Part shown: positions 9,225 to 18,825 of the stretch, in pieces
How positions within the stretch are numbered: position 1 is the first letter of the stretch
How the letters are laid out: each line of letters opens with the position of its first letter
Source: an uncultured Acidobacteriota bacterium
GTDB taxonomy: Bacteria > Acidobacteriota > Terriglobia > UBA7540
NCBI GenBank assembly: GCA_963804995.1
Contig: CAWDSK010000001.1
Coordinates: 448,001-512,000, forward strand
DNA: 64,000 nucleotides
Direction: 5' to 3'
Notes under the pieces: generated by a model
What the model saw: only the letters and a program-made list of their open reading frames with translations
Database searches by the model: none
What the model was told of the DNA's origin: nothing
Translations under genes and position numbers: made by a program

Positions 9225-10160
9225 TCAATGAGCTGCAAGGCGCGACCCGCGGCGCAGGTGCGCGGCCTGGATGGTGTTCGACATCAGCATGACAATCGTC
9301 AAGGGGCCGACGCCGCCCGGCACCGGGGTGAAGGCGCCCGCCTTTTCTCGCACGTCTTCCGGTTGCACATCACCCACCAGCACCGAACCCTTTTTTTGGA
9401 GGGTCTCAAGAGGACCCGCGGGATTGTGGAATATCCTTCGCACTTCCTCTTCCGTCGTCAGGCGGTTGATGCCCACGTCGATGACGGTCGCACCGGGTTT
9501 TATGAAATCTCCGGTCACGAAGGCAGGTTTGCCCATCGCGGCCACCAGGATGTCGCCTTCGCGCGCCACGGCGGGCAGATCGCGGGTGCGTGAGTGGCAA
9601 ATCGTGACCGTGGCATGCTCATGGAGCAGCAGCATGGCCACCGGCTTCCCCACGATGTCGCTGCGGCCGATCACCACGGCGCGTGCGCCTTTGATCGGAA
9701 TCTTCGAGCGTTTGAGGATTTCGAGTATTCCCGCCGGGGTGCAGGGGCGAAACCCCGGCCGTCCCGCCACCAGATTCCCCACGTTGATTGGGTGCAAACC
9801 GTCCACATCCTTCGCGGGGTCCACGGCGAGCAGCACGCGCTTAGTATCAATCTGCGGCGGCAGGGGGAGCTGCACCAGGATGCCATCAATTTCCTCATTC
9901 CCGTTGAGGCTGTTGACTAATTCCAGAAGTTCTTCCGTCGTGGTTTCACTGGGGCGCTCGATCTTTTCGCTGTACAGCCCTAGCGCACCGCAGGTTTTCA
10001 CCTTGCTCCGGACATAACTCTGCGACGCAGGATTATCGCCCACCAGAACCGCTGCCAAGCCCGGAGTGATACCGGAACGCCTCAAAGCCGCAATCTGCTC
10101 CAGGAGTTCTGACTGGATTTCATCTCGAATCTTATTGCCGTTGAGTATGCTTGCGGTCAC
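9225..10160 (-). CDS. folD: Bifunctional methylene-THF dehydrogenase/cyclohydrolase
   Basis: GILVQLPLP, KDVDGLHP, PCTPAG, TPVPGGVGPLT; GTG start with GGGAG RBS. Confidence 0.95.
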   Translation of the reverse strand: MTASILNGNKIRDEIQSELLEQIAALRRSGITPGLAAVLVGDNPASQSYVRSKVKTCGALGLYSEKIERPSETTTEELLELVNSLNGNEEIDGILVQLPLPPQIDTKRVLLAVDPAKDVDGLHPINVGNLVAGRPGFRPCTPAGILEILKRSKIPIKGARAVVIGRSDIVGKPVAMLLLHEHATVTICHSRTRDLPAVAREGDILVAAMGKPAFVTGDFIKPGATVIDVGINRLTTEEEVRRIFHNPAGPLETLQKKGSVLVGDVQPEDVREKAGAFTPVPGGVGPLTIVMLMSNTIQAAHLRRGSRLAAH

Positions 10161-10360
10161 CGTGATTCTCCCAAGGGGTTTATGAATCGAAGCGAGTTTA
10201 GCACAATCGGACCGACCCGAAACCCTCCGTACAGCACGAACACATAGATTTGCGTCGCCGCCGACATCGGCGTACAATCAGCGCCGTTTAGCTTTCTCCG
10301 GAGTGGATGGATCCCAAGGGGATTAGCTTCTGAAAGGCACGCCTACTCCGATTCGCGACC

Positions 10361-10669
10361 ATGAGTACATCTCCTGCGGTTCTCCCTGGCCCTCCTCCCC
10401 TTGAACTCGCTTCAGTTCGGGAGGACTTTCCAATTGCCGAAGCCTTTGCGTGGGCGCCCGCGGTGTGGGGGTCCGTTCTGCTAGTGCTCTCCGGCCTCCT
10501 TTTCTTTGGTCGGCCGGAGTGGTCGAAGCCTCTTTGGTACGGTCTCGCGACCTTATTTGCGGCCGCCGGCCTGGCGTTGATTCGGCATGAGTTTAAGCGC
10601 CGGCAACAGCCCACCGTGCTGGTGCCGATTACCGGTGCGGACGGCAGCCGGGAGGTCGCACTTTGGTGA
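10361..10669 (+). CDS. Small two-TM hypothetical protein (possibly truncated)
   Basis: Two hydrophobic segments; no recognised motif. Confidence 0.45.
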   Translation: MSTSPAVLPGPPPLELASVREDFPIAEAFAWAPAVWGSVLLVLSGLLFFGRPEWSKPLWYGLATLFAAAGLALIRHEFKRRQQPTVLVPITGADGSREVALW

Positions 10670-10910
10670 AGCGAATCTTTCAATGACGCGCTTCGGTTTC
10701 GGGCTTTCCGAAGCTCTGCCGGCCCCATTGTCCAAGGCTTTTTGAAAGGTGGTATCCCAGCTTTAATGTGAGAGTCTGACTTTCGTCAAGCTGCGGGCGG
10801 TCCAGCATTATTCCTTTGTATGCCTTTTGGAAAACATGTATAAACGAACTCAGGAATCAAATAGCCCGAGACCAATCTCGACCCTAATCTAGCACGCGAG
10901 AGGTGAGAGT

Positions 10911-11496
10911 ATGAGCGGCTCCAGCCCCGTTATCATCGGAGTCTTGATCACGGCAAGTATCCTATCGGCAGGAGTCGCCAGCGCCCAGCAACAGCAACTG
11001 ACGACTGACCGCAAGCTTTTCCCCAAGGATTGGGTGAGTGGCTTTGTTGATTTCGCTGTTGCCCCACCTCACAACGAGCCGGATTTGAATCGGTGCGCGG
11101 CTTCGACCGGCGCAACCGGGGGGGCTGGCGCCTTGCGCAGCATTTGCCCGCTACGTGGGTAGCGGCTATGTGGAGCTCCGCCCCATCGCCTTCGGGTCGC
11201 TTCACCGGGTCTTTGTGTTTATGGAACCGCATGCCTATATGGGCCGGAACATTCCGCAGATAGAATATACCGATTCCATGACCCCGATTGCTCTGGAGCG
11301 CGCCGGCGGCATCGGGGTGAATGTGACACGAAACCTCGAACTCCGACTGACCAACCACCGGGTAGACTGGCTCGGGAAGTACCAGAATAATCTGGGAGTG
11401 GCCGACCTCGGAAAGAATGGTCCCCTGAGCGCCTACACCACCGTTTCAGCGCGATGGTACTTTGGCGGATATGGGCGACGTAGCTGGGCGTATTAG
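10911..11496 (+). CDS. Secreted, probably beta-barrel outer-membrane hypothetical protein; one frameshift near 11130
   Basis: GAGGTG RBS, signal peptide ASA-QQ; ORFs 10911..11162 and 11155..11496 join by a +1 shift; alternating beta-strand pattern ending SARWYFG. Confidence 0.6.
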
Positions 11497-11676
11497 GAAT
11501 GTGGGGCGCGGCTGGTGCATCCTACTCGGTCGTTCAGTATCTCTCCGGGTGAAACCCCAGGCGGGGAGCAGCGAAGTCTCCCGGAGGGAGTCTTCTCGTG
11601 TTCACTGCACAGTTCTTGAAATGCCTCGGCGGTCCTGATACTTTAACCGCGACAATTTCTCTTGAAAGGATTCCCC

Positions 11677-12171
11677 ATGAAGCGATCGATTCTCATTTCC
11701 TTAATCCTGTATCTGCTTTCGGCTGCCATCCTTCTGGCACAGACGGGAACACCTCAGGTCTCCCCCCCGGCCGCCACCACCAAGAAGGCGACTACCACCA
11801 AGAGCACCGCGCATCCGGCCGCCCCTGCCGCGGCGTGGACGACCACGCCCTCGGGTTTGAAGTTTCAGGACGTGGTTGTAGGTAAAGGCGTACAGCCCAA
11901 GGTGGGCGATACCGTGGTCGTCAACTACACGGGAAAATTCACCAACGGAAAAGTTTTTGATACTTCTGTGGGCAAGCGGCCGTTTGAGTTTGCGCTGGGG
12001 CGCGGTCAAGTCATTAAAGGCTGGGACGAGGGCGTGGGCTCGATGCACGTGGGCGGCAAGCGCAAGCTCGTCATCCCTCCTGATCTCGCCTACGGTACGG
12101 GCGGCTACCCAGGCGTGATCCCCCCGAATTCCACCCTGACCTTTGATGTCGAGCTGCTCAAGATTAAGTAA
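11677..12171 (+). CDS. FKBP-type peptidyl-prolyl cis-trans isomerase with signal peptide
   Basis: [41 protein letters not shown]. Confidence 0.95.
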   Translation: MKRSILISLILYLLSAAILLAQTGTPQVSPPAATTKKATTTKSTAHPAAPAAAWTTTPSGLKFQDVVVGKGVQPKVGDTVVVNYTGKFTNGKVFDTSVGKRPFEFALGRGQVIKGWDEGVGSMHVGGKRKLVIPPDLAYGTGGYPGVIPPNSTLTFDVELLKIK

Positions 12172-12339
12172 GCGAAGAAGCCTGCGTCCTGCCGCCGCAG
12201 TCCCGCCGGGTGGAATCGCAGCAGGGAAGCTGTCGGCTTAGGCCTTCACTTTTGGCTTCGGTGTGCAGGTCTCTCGCGCTGTAATACTTTCCGGAAGGTT
12301 GGTTCGGACCGCAAAGGTTCCCATCGCCTGTGTTCGGGT

Positions 12340-13122
12340 TTATTTCCGCATGATTCTCTGAATGGAAAGCGCCCGCCCAGTCTCCGGGTCGGCATCCAGG
12401 AGCGCGGCCGAGAGGCGAACATCGCCCTTGGCGACCTCAAACCGTGCGGGGAGTTGGTCGAGGAATTTCTGAATGACCGCTTGCCGCTCTATGCCGATGA
12501 CCGACTCGAACGGGCCGGTCATGCCAAGATCGGTAAGGTAGGCTGTCCCCTGGGGGAGTACGGTCTCGTCAGCCGTAGGAATATGCGTGTGCGTGCCCAA
12601 GACGGCCGTCACACGCCCGTCGAGATACCACCCCAAGGCTTGTTTCTCGGAAGTCGCCTCGGCGTGTATGTCCACAACGCGGATCTTCACATCAGACGGA
12701 AGGCTCGCAAGAAGAGCATCCGCTTTCCGAAAGGGGCATTCAATCGTCGGCATAAAGACGCGCCCTTGCAAATTGATGACGGCGTATCCGATACCCGTTG
12801 CGGTTTTCCCCACGTAAAGGCCTTGACCGGGCGCACCGTCGGGATAGTTGGCGGGCCGCAACAGGCGTCCATCCTGGTGATCACGGAGGTAAGAATAAAT
12901 TTCCTTCTTATCCCAGATGTGATTGCCTGAAGTCAGGACGGCAATGCCCTGATCAAGCAGTTCTTCGACCAGGGAGGGAGTGATCCCGAAACCCGCGGCG
13001 GCATTTTCAGCATTGGCTAAAACAAGTTCCGGCTGGAACTCCTCCCGGAGAAGCGGCAGAGTTTCTTTCACAATGCGCCGTCCGGGCTGTCCAAAAATGT
13101 CACCGATAAATAGAATTCGCAT
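12340..13122 (-). CDS. ymdB: YmdB-like metallophosphoesterase (TIGR00282 type)
   Basis: MRILFIGDIFG, NAENAAAGFG, TSGNHIWD, DIHAEATSEK, GTHTHIPTAD. Confidence 0.92.
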   Translation of the reverse strand: MRILFIGDIFGQPGRRIVKETLPLLREEFQPELVLANAENAAAGFGITPSLVEELLDQGIAVLTSGNHIWDKKEIYSYLRDHQDGRLLRPANYPDGAPGQGLYVGKTATGIGYAVINLQGRVFMPTIECPFRKADALLASLPSDVKIRVVDIHAEATSEKQALGWYLDGRVTAVLGTHTHIPTADETVLPQGTAYLTDLGMTGPFESVIGIERQAVIQKFLDQLPARFEVAKGDVRLSAALLDADPETGRALSIQRIMRK

Positions 13123-13321
13123 ATTATTGATTTCCCGTGCGGGGACGTTTGGGGTCCCCGTCCGTACTTCCAACTGCACCCGACTCAACCAGCTGTCCAC
13201 TGTTAAGGTCTCAGGAGTGATTTTCTCAGGGGGGCAGACTGTTCCGGAGAAACGAAGAAACCTTTCCGGCAAATCCGCGCAGCTCCGGCTCTTCAAGTCC
13301 GTGCCGGCGGGGGCGCAGATT

Positions 13322-13621
13322 TCAAACCGCTTCCTTCAAAATCTGATCAAGAGCCTCCGAGCACTCGACCACCTTCTGGTCCACGTGTTGGGTAACTTCC
13401 TCGTACCTGGCCTTAAGCTGATGGTACTCATCGGCGACGTTGAGCGCCGCCAGCATGGCCACGCGCAGCGTGTCAACGGTTCGGGTGCGCTCGGCAATGG
13501 AACGCATCTTGGCGTCCAGGTATTGAGCGAGTTTCTGAATGTATTCCTCGTTGAGATCACCCCGCATGAAGTATTCCTGGTCGTAGATGATCACTCGGAT
13601 GCCGTGGGGTTCTTTTGCCAC
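13322..13621 (-). CDS. zapA: Cell division protein ZapA
   Basis: VIIYDQEY..LAQYLDAKMRSI..RVAMLAALNVADE. Confidence 0.9.
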   Translation of the reverse strand: MAKEPHGIRVIIYDQEYFMRGDLNEEYIQKLAQYLDAKMRSIAERTRTVDTLRVAMLAALNVADEYHQLKARYEEVTQHVDQKVVECSEALDQILKEAV

Positions 13622-13696
13622 GATGGTCAGAAGCCTCCTTGGATCACATTATCCTGCCAACCAGATTTTTCCCCCAGGAAATCAACCCTGCGGCCA

Positions 13697-13963
13697 TTAT
13701 CCCTCGGAGCGCGGACTTGTCAACATCTCTACCCTCTCCAGCAACTTCTCGACGCGCTCCCGCACATCTTCGCGCTCCCGCCGCAAAGCAATGACCTCTC
13801 GCTCCATGGCGCTGATCTGTTGGGCGCGCCCCTTCGTCTCCGCCCTGATCTTTTCCAGGTTCTGCTCCAGCGCACGCTTCTCCGCCTGAGTCTGCTTGAA
13901 GATCTCGATCGCTTTCAAGAGTTTTTCTTCCAGTCTCTGAAACTGGTCGTTCGAGTCCGTCAT
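13697..13963 (-). CDS. zapB: ZapB-like coiled-coil protein
   Basis: 88-aa coiled coil directly upstream of zapA; FQRLEEK..VRERVEKLL. Confidence 0.75.
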   Translation of the reverse strand: MTDSNDQFQRLEEKLLKAIEIFKQTQAEKRALEQNLEKIRAETKGRAQQISAMEREVIALRREREDVRERVEKLLERVEMLTSPRSEG

Positions 13964-14035
13964 GCGTCCCCCAAGAATCTCGTATCAACGCCCCACGTTG
14001 AGCGGCGCCGCCAAAGATAAAGGGTGAAGAGTAGT

Positions 14036-16084
14036 CTAACTCCGCAGGCGCACCCCCAGGGGCGCCAGCGCGGCCAATACGCGTTCGCTCAACTGGCCGA
14101 CCTCTTCGCTGGTGAGCGTGTGCGTCAGGCTCTGGAGATCGACACGCAGCAAAAGCCCATAGTGGCCTGTGGGGAGTGTGGCCACGGTGGATGGGTCGGC
14201 CCGGTCAACGGGACGAAAGCCCTGAATCTCTTCCATTGCCAAGGCGGCAATTGCTACTGAGAGGCGGGCATAGGGCACCTCGTCCGGCACAATCAGTGAG
14301 AAGTCTCGCTCCACAGCCGGAAACTTTGAGAACGTCTGGAACTGCCGGGAGCGAAGTGAGAAAGTGAGGAGTTGTTCAAAATCGATTTCCGCTATCCACA
14401 CCGCCGGCCGTAACTTGTATTCGCGCGCCACGTCCTGCCGGAGTTGCCCAAAAACCGCCAACGGCTCTCCCCGCGAAGTCAGGCGCGCACTGAGCCTGGC
14501 ATCGTAATATGCGCTCCCTGGGGATTCAAAGTCCAAGCCTGGCAGGTCGAAAGCTGCAAGGATCGTCTCGACGTCGCCCTTTAAGTCGAAAAAGTCGAGT
14601 GTCTTTTCGGTATCGTGAGTCGACGCCGGCCGCTGATGCCCCGTGCTGCCGAGGGTGAGAACGCGGCGTTCTTCCGGAGCTCCCTGCGCATCTAGGTTGT
14701 AGGTCTTCCCGATCTCAAAAAACCTCATGTCCACCAGGTCTCGGTCCAGATTCCAGCGAATCGCCCGAAGCATACTGGGGACTGCGGAGGCGCGCATGGC
14801 AGATGCATCCTGGCTCAGTGGATTGGCCAGCACCACCGAAGGACGATTCGCGAAGCGCTCGTTCTCAGCAGGGTCGACCATAGCCGGCGCGATGATTTCA
14901 TAGTATCCCAGCCCCACCAGCCGGGAAGACACCGTCAGGATCTTATCGCGGTCCGTGTCCCTTTCGATGCGCGGCGGCGCGGGGCGAACGCGTGCGGGCA
15001 GACGGTCGTAACCGAATTGCCGAGCCACTTCTTCGACCAAATCAACTTCCCGGGAGACATCCAGCCGAAAGGAAGGCACAGAAACCTGCCAGCCTTCTGT
15101 ACCTCGTCGCTCGGGCTGGAATCCCAAGCCGCGCAAGATGCGCTCCACCTCATCGTCTGGGACCTCGGCACCCAGCATGCGGGCGATCTCGATTTTCCGA
15201 AACAACAGGTCTTCTCTGCGCGCCGGGCGCGGATAGACGTTGATCACACCTCGCAGAATCTCTCCGCCGGCAAGTTCCTGAATCAAGTCCGTAGCGCGGT
15301 CCAGGGCCAGGGGGGCCATCTCGATGTCAGCGCCGCGCTCGAAGCGGTGTGAAGCTTCCGTGTGCATCCCCTGAGCCTTGGACGTCCGGCGAATCGAGAG
15401 GGGCTCGAACCACGCACTTTCGAGCAGCACAGAGCGAGTGCTCGTGGAAATCTCGGACTCCTCTCCGCCCATAACCCCCGCCAGAGCCACAGGGCGCACA
15501 CCATCCGCTATGACCAGGTTCTCGCGGGTCAAGGTGCGCTCGACGCCGTCGAGAGTGCGCAACGGCTCACCGGGTCTGGCGCGCCGCACGATGATCTTCT
15601 GCTGTCTGAGCCGGGACAAATCGAAGGCATGAAGAGGATGGCCCAGCTCCATCAACACGTAGTTTGTGATGTCAGCCACGTTGTTGATGGGGCGCTGGCC
15701 AATCGCTTCCAAGCGTTTCACCAACCAGGCCGGTGAGGGCTTTACCTGGACGTTCTGCACAACCCGCCCGCAATACCGCGCGCAAAGGTCGGGATCAGCA
15801 ATTTCAATGGTGGCCGCATCCGTTGAGGACCCACCGGACTCCTTCACCTGCACTTCTATTTTCCTCAGGGGCAGGCGATAGAGCGTAGCAAGTTCTCTCG
15901 CAGTACCGAAATGGCTCAGGCAGTCGGGGCGATTGGTGGTGACTTCCACGTTGAGAACCCAGTCATCGCCCACCTGCGCCAGCGCCTCCGTGTTCAGGCC
16001 GATCATCGTCAGGTCGGACTTGAGCTGACGTGCGTTACTCGGAACATCCACGAATTCTTTGAGCCAGTTTAGAGATATCTTCAT
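14036..16084 (-). CDS. pheT: Phenylalanyl-tRNA synthetase beta subunit (short form)
   Basis: MKISLNWLKEFV, TTNRPDCLSH, FERGAD, DLVEEVAR, FDX-ACB C-terminus. Confidence 0.95.
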   Translation of the reverse strand: MKISLNWLKEFVDVPSNARQLKSDLTMIGLNTEALAQVGDDWVLNVEVTTNRPDCLSHFGTARELATLYRLPLRKIEVQVKESGGSSTDAATIEIADPDLCARYCGRVVQNVQVKPSPAWLVKRLEAIGQRPINNVADITNYVLMELGHPLHAFDLSRLRQQKIIVRRARPGEPLRTLDGVERTLTRENLVIADGVRPVALAGVMGGEESEISTSTRSVLLESAWFEPLSIRRTSKAQGMHTEASHRFERGADIEMAPLALDRATDLIQELAGGEILRGVINVYPRPARREDLLFRKIEIARMLGAEVPDDEVERILRGLGFQPERRGTEGWQVSVPSFRLDVSREVDLVEEVARQFGYDRLPARVRPAPPRIERDTDRDKILTVSSRLVGLGYYEIIAPAMVDPAENERFANRPSVVLANPLSQDASAMRASAVPSMLRAIRWNLDRDLVDMRFFEIGKTYNLDAQGAPEERRVLTLGSTGHQRPASTHDTEKTLDFFDLKGDVETILAAFDLPGLDFESPGSAYYDARLSARLTSRGEPLAVFGQLRQDVAREYKLRPAVWIAEIDFEQLLTFSLRSRQFQTFSKFPAVERDFSLIVPDEVPYARLSVAIAALAMEEIQGFRPVDRADPSTVATLPTGHYGLLLRVDLQSLTHTLTSEEVGQLSERVLAALAPLGVRLRS

Positions 16085-16107
16085 GGTTGGGTAACGCCGG
16101 GAGAAAT

Positions 16108-17238
16108 TCAGAATTGCTGCAAGAAACGAAGATCGCTCTGAAAGAAGAGCTGAATGTCATTGATGTCGTACTTCATCATCGCGAATCGGTCCACGCCCAG
16201 CCCGAAAGCCCAGCCGGAATATATTTCGGGATCGATCCCGCCGTTGCGCAGGACCGTAGGATGGACCATACCGCAACCCATCACTTCAATCCAGCCGCTT
16301 TCTTTGCACACCCTGCAACCCTCACCCCCGCAGAAAATACAACTTATGGCCACCTCGCCGCTGGGTTCGGTGAAGGGGAAAAAGCTGGGTTGAAAACGCG
16401 TGCGAATCTTTTCGCCAAAGAGCTTCTTGGCAAAGAAGTTGAGCGTCCCTTTCAGATCGGCGAACGTAATATCTTTCGCAATGGCCAGGCCTTCGATTTG
16501 ATGAAACATCGGCGAGTGGCTGGCGTCAGGATTGTCGTGCCGGTAGCACTTCCCGGGAATGATGATATGGAGCGGCGCGCCGTATTTTTCCATCGACCGG
16601 ATTTGCACGGGGGAGGTGTGGGTGCGCAAAACAGTTTTCGAGTCGATGTAGAGCGTGTCCCAGTCATCCCGCGAGGGGTGACTTTCCGGAATGTTCAGCG
16701 CGTCGAAGTTGTAATAGACGGATTCAATCTCCGGTCCCGTCTCGATGTGAAACCCGAGATTGAGGAAGATCTCTTCAATTTCGCGCTGCATTTGTGTAAC
16801 CGGATGCAGCGAGCCGAGCGGGCGGCGGTTACCGGGAAGGGTAAGATCCGGGGGCGGGACAATTTCCGCCGCGAGCTTTAGGTATTGGGCCTGGGTTACT
16901 TGAACTTCCCTCAGCAACAACTCGACCTCTAATGTCTCAGCCGCCTGCCGAAGAGTATTGAAGCTCCGGCCAACATTCGGTTTCAGTTCTTTTGATGAAG
17001 CCTTCAGCCAATGTTCATCGATCAGTGATAGCAGTCCGTTCTTGCGCGCCAGCCAGCGGTCGCGAAGGTCTTTGCAAAGTTTGCCGCGCTCGGCTTCACT
17101 TGAGGTGCCGCGCGAGACCAGGCTGCTCCTCTCCTGATCCATCGCCGCGCGCACCTCCGCAAAGAGCGTTTCCACGCCTGAAGCGTCGGTAACGCCGAGT
17201 TCGGCAAGCGTCTTCCGAACTTTTTCATCGAGGGTCAT
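16108..17238 (-). CDS. pheS: Phenylalanyl-tRNA synthetase alpha subunit
   Basis: LRTHTSPVQIR, FHQIEG, FPFTEPS, GWAFGLGVDR. Confidence 0.95.
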   Translation of the reverse strand: MTLDEKVRKTLAELGVTDASGVETLFAEVRAAMDQERSSLVSRGTSSEAERGKLCKDLRDRWLARKNGLLSLIDEHWLKASSKELKPNVGRSFNTLRQAAETLEVELLLREVQVTQAQYLKLAAEIVPPPDLTLPGNRRPLGSLHPVTQMQREIEEIFLNLGFHIETGPEIESVYYNFDALNIPESHPSRDDWDTLYIDSKTVLRTHTSPVQIRSMEKYGAPLHIIIPGKCYRHDNPDASHSPMFHQIEGLAIAKDITFADLKGTLNFFAKKLFGEKIRTRFQPSFFPFTEPSGEVAISCIFCGGEGCRVCKESGWIEVMGCGMVHPTVLRNGGIDPEIYSGWAFGLGVDRFAMMKYDINDIQLFFQSDLRFLQQF

Positions 17239-17315
17239 GGCGAGGATTTGCACTTGCTAGAGGCGGTTGCCTTGGCGACCGCCCCTGCATAAAGCCTTGC
17301 CCGGAAAACTCGGCC

Positions 17316-17690
17316 CTAAGTTGTCGGCGCCGGGCTGCTCAGCGTCTGCTTCACCTTGCCGACCAGATCAGCGAACCCGGTCTGATCCTTCACGGCCATT
17401 TCCGCAAGCATCTTGCGGTCCAGTTCCACTCCCAGGATCTTTAGTCCGTGAATGAGCTGGCTGTAAGTGACGTTGTGCAGACGGGCGGCGGCGCCGATGC
17501 GCAGGATCCAGAGGCGGCGGAAATCGCGTTTGCGACGCCGCCGGTCGCGGTAAGCATAACGACCGGACTTATCCGCGGCCTCCTGCATCGCTCGATAGAG
17601 CTTGCTTTTGTTGAGGAAAAATCCTTTGGTGAGCTTGGCGAGCTTCTTCCGATTGGCGCGGCGGACTGTGCCACGCTTAACTCGAGGCAT
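17316..17690 (-). CDS. rplT: 50S ribosomal protein L20
   Basis: MPRVKRG..YAYRDRRRRKRDFRRLWILRI. Confidence 0.97.
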   Translation of the reverse strand: MPRVKRGTVRRANRKKLAKLTKGFFLNKSKLYRAMQEAADKSGRYAYRDRRRRKRDFRRLWILRIGAAARLHNVTYSQLIHGLKILGVELDRKMLAEMAVKDQTGFADLVGKVKQTLSSPAPTT

Positions 17691-17764
17691 GGGTTTATCT
17701 CCTTTACTGGAATTTGTGGGGCAGTGAAGGCACCCTATGGGCCTCGGTAAAGCCTTCCCGCACC

Positions 17765-17878
17765 CTGAACAGTAGGGAACAGGTTACAGGGAACAGGTAA
17801 CAGACTGCCGTCCCAGGGAGTTCGGTTGGCTGTTCCCTCTGACCTCTTCCCTGTTCCCTATTCCCTGTTCCCTATTAC
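17765..17878. repeat. Inverted heptamer-repeat arrays (AGGGAAC)n ... (GTTCCCT)n
   Basis: Period-7 arrays visible between rplT and rpmI. Confidence 0.8.
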
Positions 17879-17888
17879 CACCTCGCGC

Positions 17889-18110
17889 TTATCTCCCGTA
17901 GGGGAGCATGCGGCGAACCTGTGCCACGTCGGCGGGCGACAACTCAACGGCCTTAGCCAGCCGTCGCTTCCGCTTGCTAGGCTTGGAAGTGAGAATGTGA
18001 CGGGCGAACGAGTGATGACGCATAACCTTGCCGCTGCCGGTTATCTTGAACCGCTTGGCGGCTCCCTTGTGAGTCTTGAGCTTCAATTTAACTTTCTTAA
18101 CCTTGGCCAA
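17889..18110 (-). CDS. rpmI: 50S ribosomal protein L35
   Basis: [22 protein letters not shown] start with GGAGG RBS. Confidence 0.95.
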   Translation of the reverse strand: MAKVKKVKLKLKTHKGAAKRFKITGSGKVMRHHSFARHILTSKPSKRKRRLAKAVELSPADVAQVRRMLPYGR

Positions 18111-18112
18111 AT

Positions 18113-18736
18113 CTATCCTCCTGAAGAACCGTGCGAGCCTGCGGGCTTGGCTTGAGCCGTCAGGGGCGCGTTGGGCTGGGTGGTCGCCGCTGGACGCGCC
18201 GCTGGCGCCGCGGATTTGCCCGCCGACTTTTTGGGCGCCATGATGGCAGTCAGGTTCGGACCCTCGAGCCGGGGTCGAGCCTCCACTTGGCCAGCTTCAC
18301 CTACCTCCTGAATCAGGCGCTCGATCATGTTGAAACCTAAATCCCGATGAGCCATCTCCCGCCCACGAAACATGATCGTGACTTTGACTTTTGCCCCCTC
18401 TTGCAGAAAATCAACGACCTTATTCCGTTTCGTCTCGAAATCGTGCGCGGAAGTCCGGGGCCGCATTTTGACTTCCTTCAGCCCAATTGACTTCTGATGC
18501 TTCCGGGCCTCGTGTTGTCGCTTGCTAAGCTGGTAGAGGTACTTCCCGTAGTTGATGATGCGGCAAACCGGAGGGTTTGCGGTCGGTGCAACTTCTACCA
18601 GGTCCAGGCCCTGACTCTTGGCTAGTTTTAGTGCCTCAACCGGAGGCATGATTCCCAGTTGCCCGCCTGCCTCATCAATAACCCGAATTTCGCGGGCACG
18701 AATCCTCTCATTTACTCGAACGAATCGATCGGCGAT
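18113..18736 (-). CDS. infC: Translation initiation factor IF-3 with non-canonical ATC start
   Basis: [37 protein letters not shown] 8 nt before ATC at 18736. Confidence 0.93.
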   Translation of the reverse strand: MADRFVRVNERIRAREIRVIDEAGGQLGIMPPVEALKLAKSQGLDLVEVAPTANPPVCRIINYGKYLYQLSKRQHEARKHQKSIGLKEVKMRPRTSAHDFETKRNKVVDFLQEGAKVKVTIMFRGREMAHRDLGFNMIERLIQEVGEAGQVEARPRLEGPNLTAIMAPKKSAGKSAAPAARPAATTQPNAPLTAQAKPAGSHGSSGG

Positions 18737-18825
18737 AAATCTTCCCTCCCAGCCCCCACGGGGGCCAAAAAAACGCAAGTTCCTTTTAGGACTGGGAACG
18801 ACCCGGTCCACAGGTTTCGCTTAGC

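Noticed and set aside
12980..14020. 346-aa plus-strand ORF
   Set aside because: Overlaps ymdB, zapA and zapB on the opposite strand
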